A stretch of DNA of 64,000 bases from Amphiscolops sp. MND2022 (taxonomy: Eukaryota). Numbering within the stretch: position 1 is the stretch's first letter; every line of letters starts with the position of its first letter. The stretch spans positions 10,542,001 to 10,606,000 of the forward strand of contig OZ076409.1 in assembly GCA_964187785.1 (NCBI GenBank). The letters are read 5' to 3'. The translations under genes were made by a program, and so were the position numbers. Below, in pieces: positions 60,209 to 64,000 of the stretch. Below the pieces are notes generated by a model that had not been told where the DNA came from, made no database searches, and was given only the letters and a program-made list of their open reading frames with translations.

Positions 60209-63200
60209 TGTGACGACAAGCTCTCACCATTGTCGCCGTAACCATAAGAGTTAGAGGAACACATGATATGGGTATTTGCCCGGGACAGGCGCCCATGACC
60301 ATGAGCTCATTTTGCCTCTTTCGGGTAAAAACTGTCCCGTCAGAGGAGGATTCCGCTTCTTGTGAAGTGCTCGCCGGCCTGATCCAGTCTGTAATTGCTA
60401 TCAGTAGTGCGCATTACGCTTTTTCTTCGAAATCAACACTTAGACAGCCTTTAAAAAATGCAAGTGGTGGAAAGGAAAAATCAAGTTTTATCGAAGTTAC
60501 ACAGGAGATTGAAATGAGTAGCTCACGAGCTGTTACAACAAGAAAATACGAAAATTACTACATAATTAGCACTTTTGAGGCAGCAATTAGCCGGGGACAC
60601 AAGCACGGATGCTTGGTCAAGCTAATTGACTCATTTTTGGTAATCACAGCGTCTTGTAACGCTTCGCTGAAGAAAGCACTGGTTAGAACAAAGTTCAGTC
60701 CGTTTTGGCAGAAATTTGAGTCTTTTTCTGATAGTGGCCGTGTTTTTCTGCAATCTTCTCGTTCGGTTGGGGTCTCTTTCGAGTCTCTTGCTCAAATCCT
60801 CTTCAATTCCGTGGACAGGTACTTGAATAAAGACACGCTGCCGTCTGGCGGAATATGACTCTTTAGTAGAGGAGATATAGTCCCTTGAACGAAATTTTCA
60901 TCGAAATTTTCGAAATCGTGCACTCGATAGGTAATCGCTACATACACTCCCCGGGGTCTAGTCTTGACGTCCCCGTCAAGTGTGGGTTGGCGTCATTGAG
61001 TCTGTACCCAGAGTCATCTGTGTCCCACTGAGGAGGTAGAGTGCACATCAAATAGCGCTGGACGGTTCATCGAGACATCGTCAAATTGGCCTCGTGGAAG
61101 TATTTTTGACCCAGCGTTGCTGCATTTTGATCAAATCAATACAACTTTGTACACAAATCTTATACGGCAAAGTCATTGCTTTTTGTAGCCTGTCGTGAGC
61201 AATTCAGGCGTTAAAATTTCTTTTCGGCCATTCAAAAAAAGTTTTTATTTGCCGTTAGCGTTAAAACTTGTTTTAAGGTCAACGACCATCACATGACTGT
61301 TCGAAACATATTTTCCGAAGCTCGGGAGCTTCGCACTGCTTGGCGTTTGATAAAAGTTCTTTTGGTAAGCAGTTGCCATTAAATCAATTAATTAGTACGG
61401 TCAATTTAAAATTTCTTTTGCGAGACTTACTCTCGATCCTATCAGGCAGCTCAAGAAAAACAATGGTCGAGGTTCATCAATCTTTTTATTCTATTCATTT
61501 CTCATCTCTCCCTCCTTGTTTCCTTTTCTTTATCTTTTCTTTTTATCTTTTTCGACAGTGGCAACAGTGTAAACGATAACTAGCAACTAAAAGGGTGTAA
61601 TAGCACCGAAAATTTAGAGCACGGAGTGCGCACAGCGCATCCACATGTAGCATAAAGTAGCATGAAAAAGCACTAACTGCAAACACAAATTGCAAATTGA
61701 ATATTGCATCTAACTAAGGCAAGGCAAGAACGCAGTTTCATGGTTGGGTTGCCGGTCCCAAAACGGAATAACAAGGAAGATGAAGCCCGGGGGCTTCATC
61801 TCCACTCGGAGATTTTTACCCATGACCAATTGGCATTTCCATAATCGAAGCTTAGCAACAACAGAGATTGAAACCATGAGATTTCGCAAAATTTTATCTA
61901 GCATAAGACTATTGAAGTTGGAAATTGAATGACGACAAAGTTAGTTCTGTTTTACTGGGTGGCAGAGGAGTGACGCGCTCTGGGGGAAACGTCTGCCTTT
62001 GGTTGCAGTTCAGACAGAGATCCTCTTCGCGTATTTCCTCCTCGCAGGACTGGCTTTGGTTCTGCGCTGGCAGTTTCATGGGTCCTAGGAGCCGTGTTTG
62101 AGCCACCAGGGCCATTTTCTGCGGCTACCGGAGTTGATGCTTCTGGCGAATGTTCTTGCGCTGCATTGGTTGAGCCGCTAACATTGGCAGAACTTGTGGT
62201 TGATGTGGAGATTGGGATCTGTACATCCAGTCTACTAGCATTAAACAAGTGCGGTAGATCCAGCGGTCTATTGCGGGTGGCAATGGGTCGTTTCTGTTTC
62301 GCACTGAGTTTCGGGCGTAGATCAGGTCGGCCCCAGAGCCCGCAGGCTCTGGACCAGTTGTCCCTATTCGCATGCTCTATGATTTGCCTAGAGGCTTCCC
62401 ATTCGGGTCCGAGGGGATCACTTAGCAATTCCATGACGTGGTAGCAAGTCTCCGCTGGCATGTCGCTTCCCATAGTAACCCTCGCCTCTGGATTCCAAAC
62501 AGGCATTGTCAGTGGGGGGATGATTAAACCTCTTAGGCGTCCTTGGCGCTCCTCCAGGGTTCTTGACATCCACACGCCAAGTTTGTAGTGGTCGCGATAG
62601 GCATACTGCTCATCAAAGCCCTTCTCGACCATACTGATTGGCTTGGCCCGGATATAACCGATGGGTCCTCGCCAGTACCTGGCTGGAAGCTTAATCATTT
62701 GGAAATTGTACTCCTGATTCGTGTGACCGCCCATGGTTTGCACACACTCGGTCACGTACTTCCTGAGGTGTGCGAAACTCCAATTGAATCGCTGTGGGAT
62801 TCCGAGGTGGTCTAGGGGAGAATTATACCAATTCACCGGGCCGTATTCGCGAGGTAAAGGGCACGCCTTCTTTGTTCGGGCTTTGAGAATACCGGCCAGG
62901 TTTTCGTCTTGCTGTGTCTCATTCTTTATTGTGGTATACATACGTGGTACTAGCAGAAACAGCCCACGTTCAAGCATCTGTTGATAGTTGTGTGGTTTTA
63001 CGTTCTTCAGATAAGTTAGGATGGATACCGTTAACGTCTCCGAGGCCAGTCTCAGAGGCTTGGTGGGGTATCGGAGTATCCCGGTTGGGCCAAATATCGG
63101 AGTTAGCACGGGTGCTAACACCGGTATAAGATCTTCGACTTCAGCCAAAGTGAAATCTGCCAGCTGGTTGGGTGTCAAAAATCCAGCTACCTCGGTCACT

Positions 63201-64000
63201 AGCTGACGTCCATCATATAACGGTTGGTGCTTATCCACCCCCACGAAGAGTCCCGAGGCAAAGACCAGACTGCAATACATCCAGTGATACAATGAAGTTG
63301 TCATACGCTCCAGGTGAGCGGGATAATCCTGAGCGTCTTTCCGTTGCAACAGCTTGGCTAGGGCGGTTAGACCTGAGATATTCCCTCGTGCAATCACCAG
63401 ATATGAAAATAGCCATTCCAGATTACACTCGGTAACCAGGTTAGTCAATATCATCATTGGGCCAGCTACAAAGCGTTTCTGCCCGAAAGTGAGCATCAGT
63501 GCAAAGAGTTCGTTCACCTGCACGGTACCGATAATCTCGCTGATTTCGATCAACCAACTCTCCTCTAAATCGAACTCGACTCGAATAACATCGGGACTCC
63601 AACCCAATCCCAAACAGATGGCAAACTGGTCGGTTGACATCCCAAGCTCTTTTGCAATGTCTGCTACGGTGGTAGTTTGTAGCCGCTGGTACCAGGCGTC
63701 GTAGGTGCTGCTGAAGGCTTGGATTTCAGCCTGAGTTTCGCTCGTCAATTTTGCAGCAATGTATTTCATTCCCACTGATAATTGATCGACTGTGAGGTCC
63801 TTGGCAAATTGAACTCGCGGGATGGCTCGTTCTACTTCTCGGTCGCTGGGGACTTTGCTCATTGTGGCAGTGACTTCTGCAAGATCGGTTTTGATACAAG
63901 TCTTTCCACCGGATGAGCGCGCGCGCTCTATCCAGTTATTCAGGCGGATTGCCTCGCATTCGGCCGTACTGGGCTCTGGGACTCGCCTTTCTCCGTCCTT
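60209..64000 (-). mobile_element. Element A copy 2 (3' LTR 60209-60942, 3' UTR, 3' part of ORF2); continues beyond window
   Basis: Reverse complement of ~13570..17362 with only scattered substitutions. Confidence 0.96.
61952..64000 (-). CDS. C-terminal part of element A ORF2 (copy 2), 5'-truncated by window edge
   Basis: The listed 636 aa match ORF2 of copy 1 except I>V, D>N and A>T. Confidence 0.88.
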   Translation of the reverse strand, partial: KDGERRVPEPSTAECEAIRLNNWIERARSSGGKTCIKTDLAEVTATMSKVPSDREVERAIPRVQFAKDLTVDQLSVGMKYIAAKLTSETQAEIQAFSSTYDAWYQRLQTTTVADIAKELGMSTDQFAICLGLGWSPDVIRVEFDLEESWLIEISEIIGTVQVNELFALMLTFGQKRFVAGPMMILTNLVTECNLEWLFSYLVIARGNISGLTALAKLLQRKDAQDYPAHLERMTTSLYHWMYCSLVFASGLFVGVDKHQPLYDGRQLVTEVAGFLTPNQLADFTLAEVEDLIPVLAPVLTPIFGPTGILRYPTKPLRLASETLTVSILTYLKNVKPHNYQQMLERGLFLLVPRMYTTIKNETQQDENLAGILKARTKKACPLPREYGPVNWYNSPLDHLGIPQRFNWSFAHLRKYVTECVQTMGGHTNQEYNFQMIKLPARYWRGPIGYIRAKPISMVEKGFDEQYAYRDHYKLGVWMSRTLEERQGRLRGLIIPPLTMPVWNPEARVTMGSDMPAETCYHVMELLSDPLGPEWEASRQIIEHANRDNWSRACGLWGRPDLRPKLSAKQKRPIATRNRPLDLPHLFNASRLDVQIPISTSTTSSANVSGSTNAAQEHSPEASTPVAAENGPGGSNTAPRTHETASAEPKPVLRGGNTRRGSLSELQPKADVSPRARHSSATQ

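Noticed and set aside
13570..64000. One giant TIR element (Polinton-like) bounded by the long inverted repeats
   Set aside because: The repeats are two LTR retrotransposon copies ending exactly at the LTR terminus. No DNA polymerase B, packaging ATPase or capsid ORF is seen between them.

Overview
Eukaryotic (intron-containing, AT-rich, invertebrate-like) genomic DNA dominated by Ty3/Gypsy LTR retrotransposons. All calls come from reading the sequence and recognising motifs by eye; no database search was run. (A) A giant, apparently intact element (<1..17362, +). Its single 3255-aa gag-pol ORF ends in AT-hooks and two apparent TARG1/DarG-type macrodomains. It also has a ~1455-aa ORF2 containing an SGNH-like fold and a 734-bp 3' LTR. 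A near-identical second copy enters inverted at 60209..>64000. (B) A complete 15.9-kb element (24238..40124, -) with 2.26-kb LTRs and a decayed pol. It carries, on the opposite strand, an 8-exon gene whose splice phases all join into a ~979-aa BED-finger, hAT-transposase-like protein, and its gag begins inside the LTR. (C, D) Two decayed smaller gypsy elements. Host genes are an intronless DEG/ENaC channel and a 3-exon Cys-rich/LRAT-like gene. There is also a 928-bp spacerless palindrome, several MITEs, a tRNA-derived SINE head and nested Helentron-like repeats.
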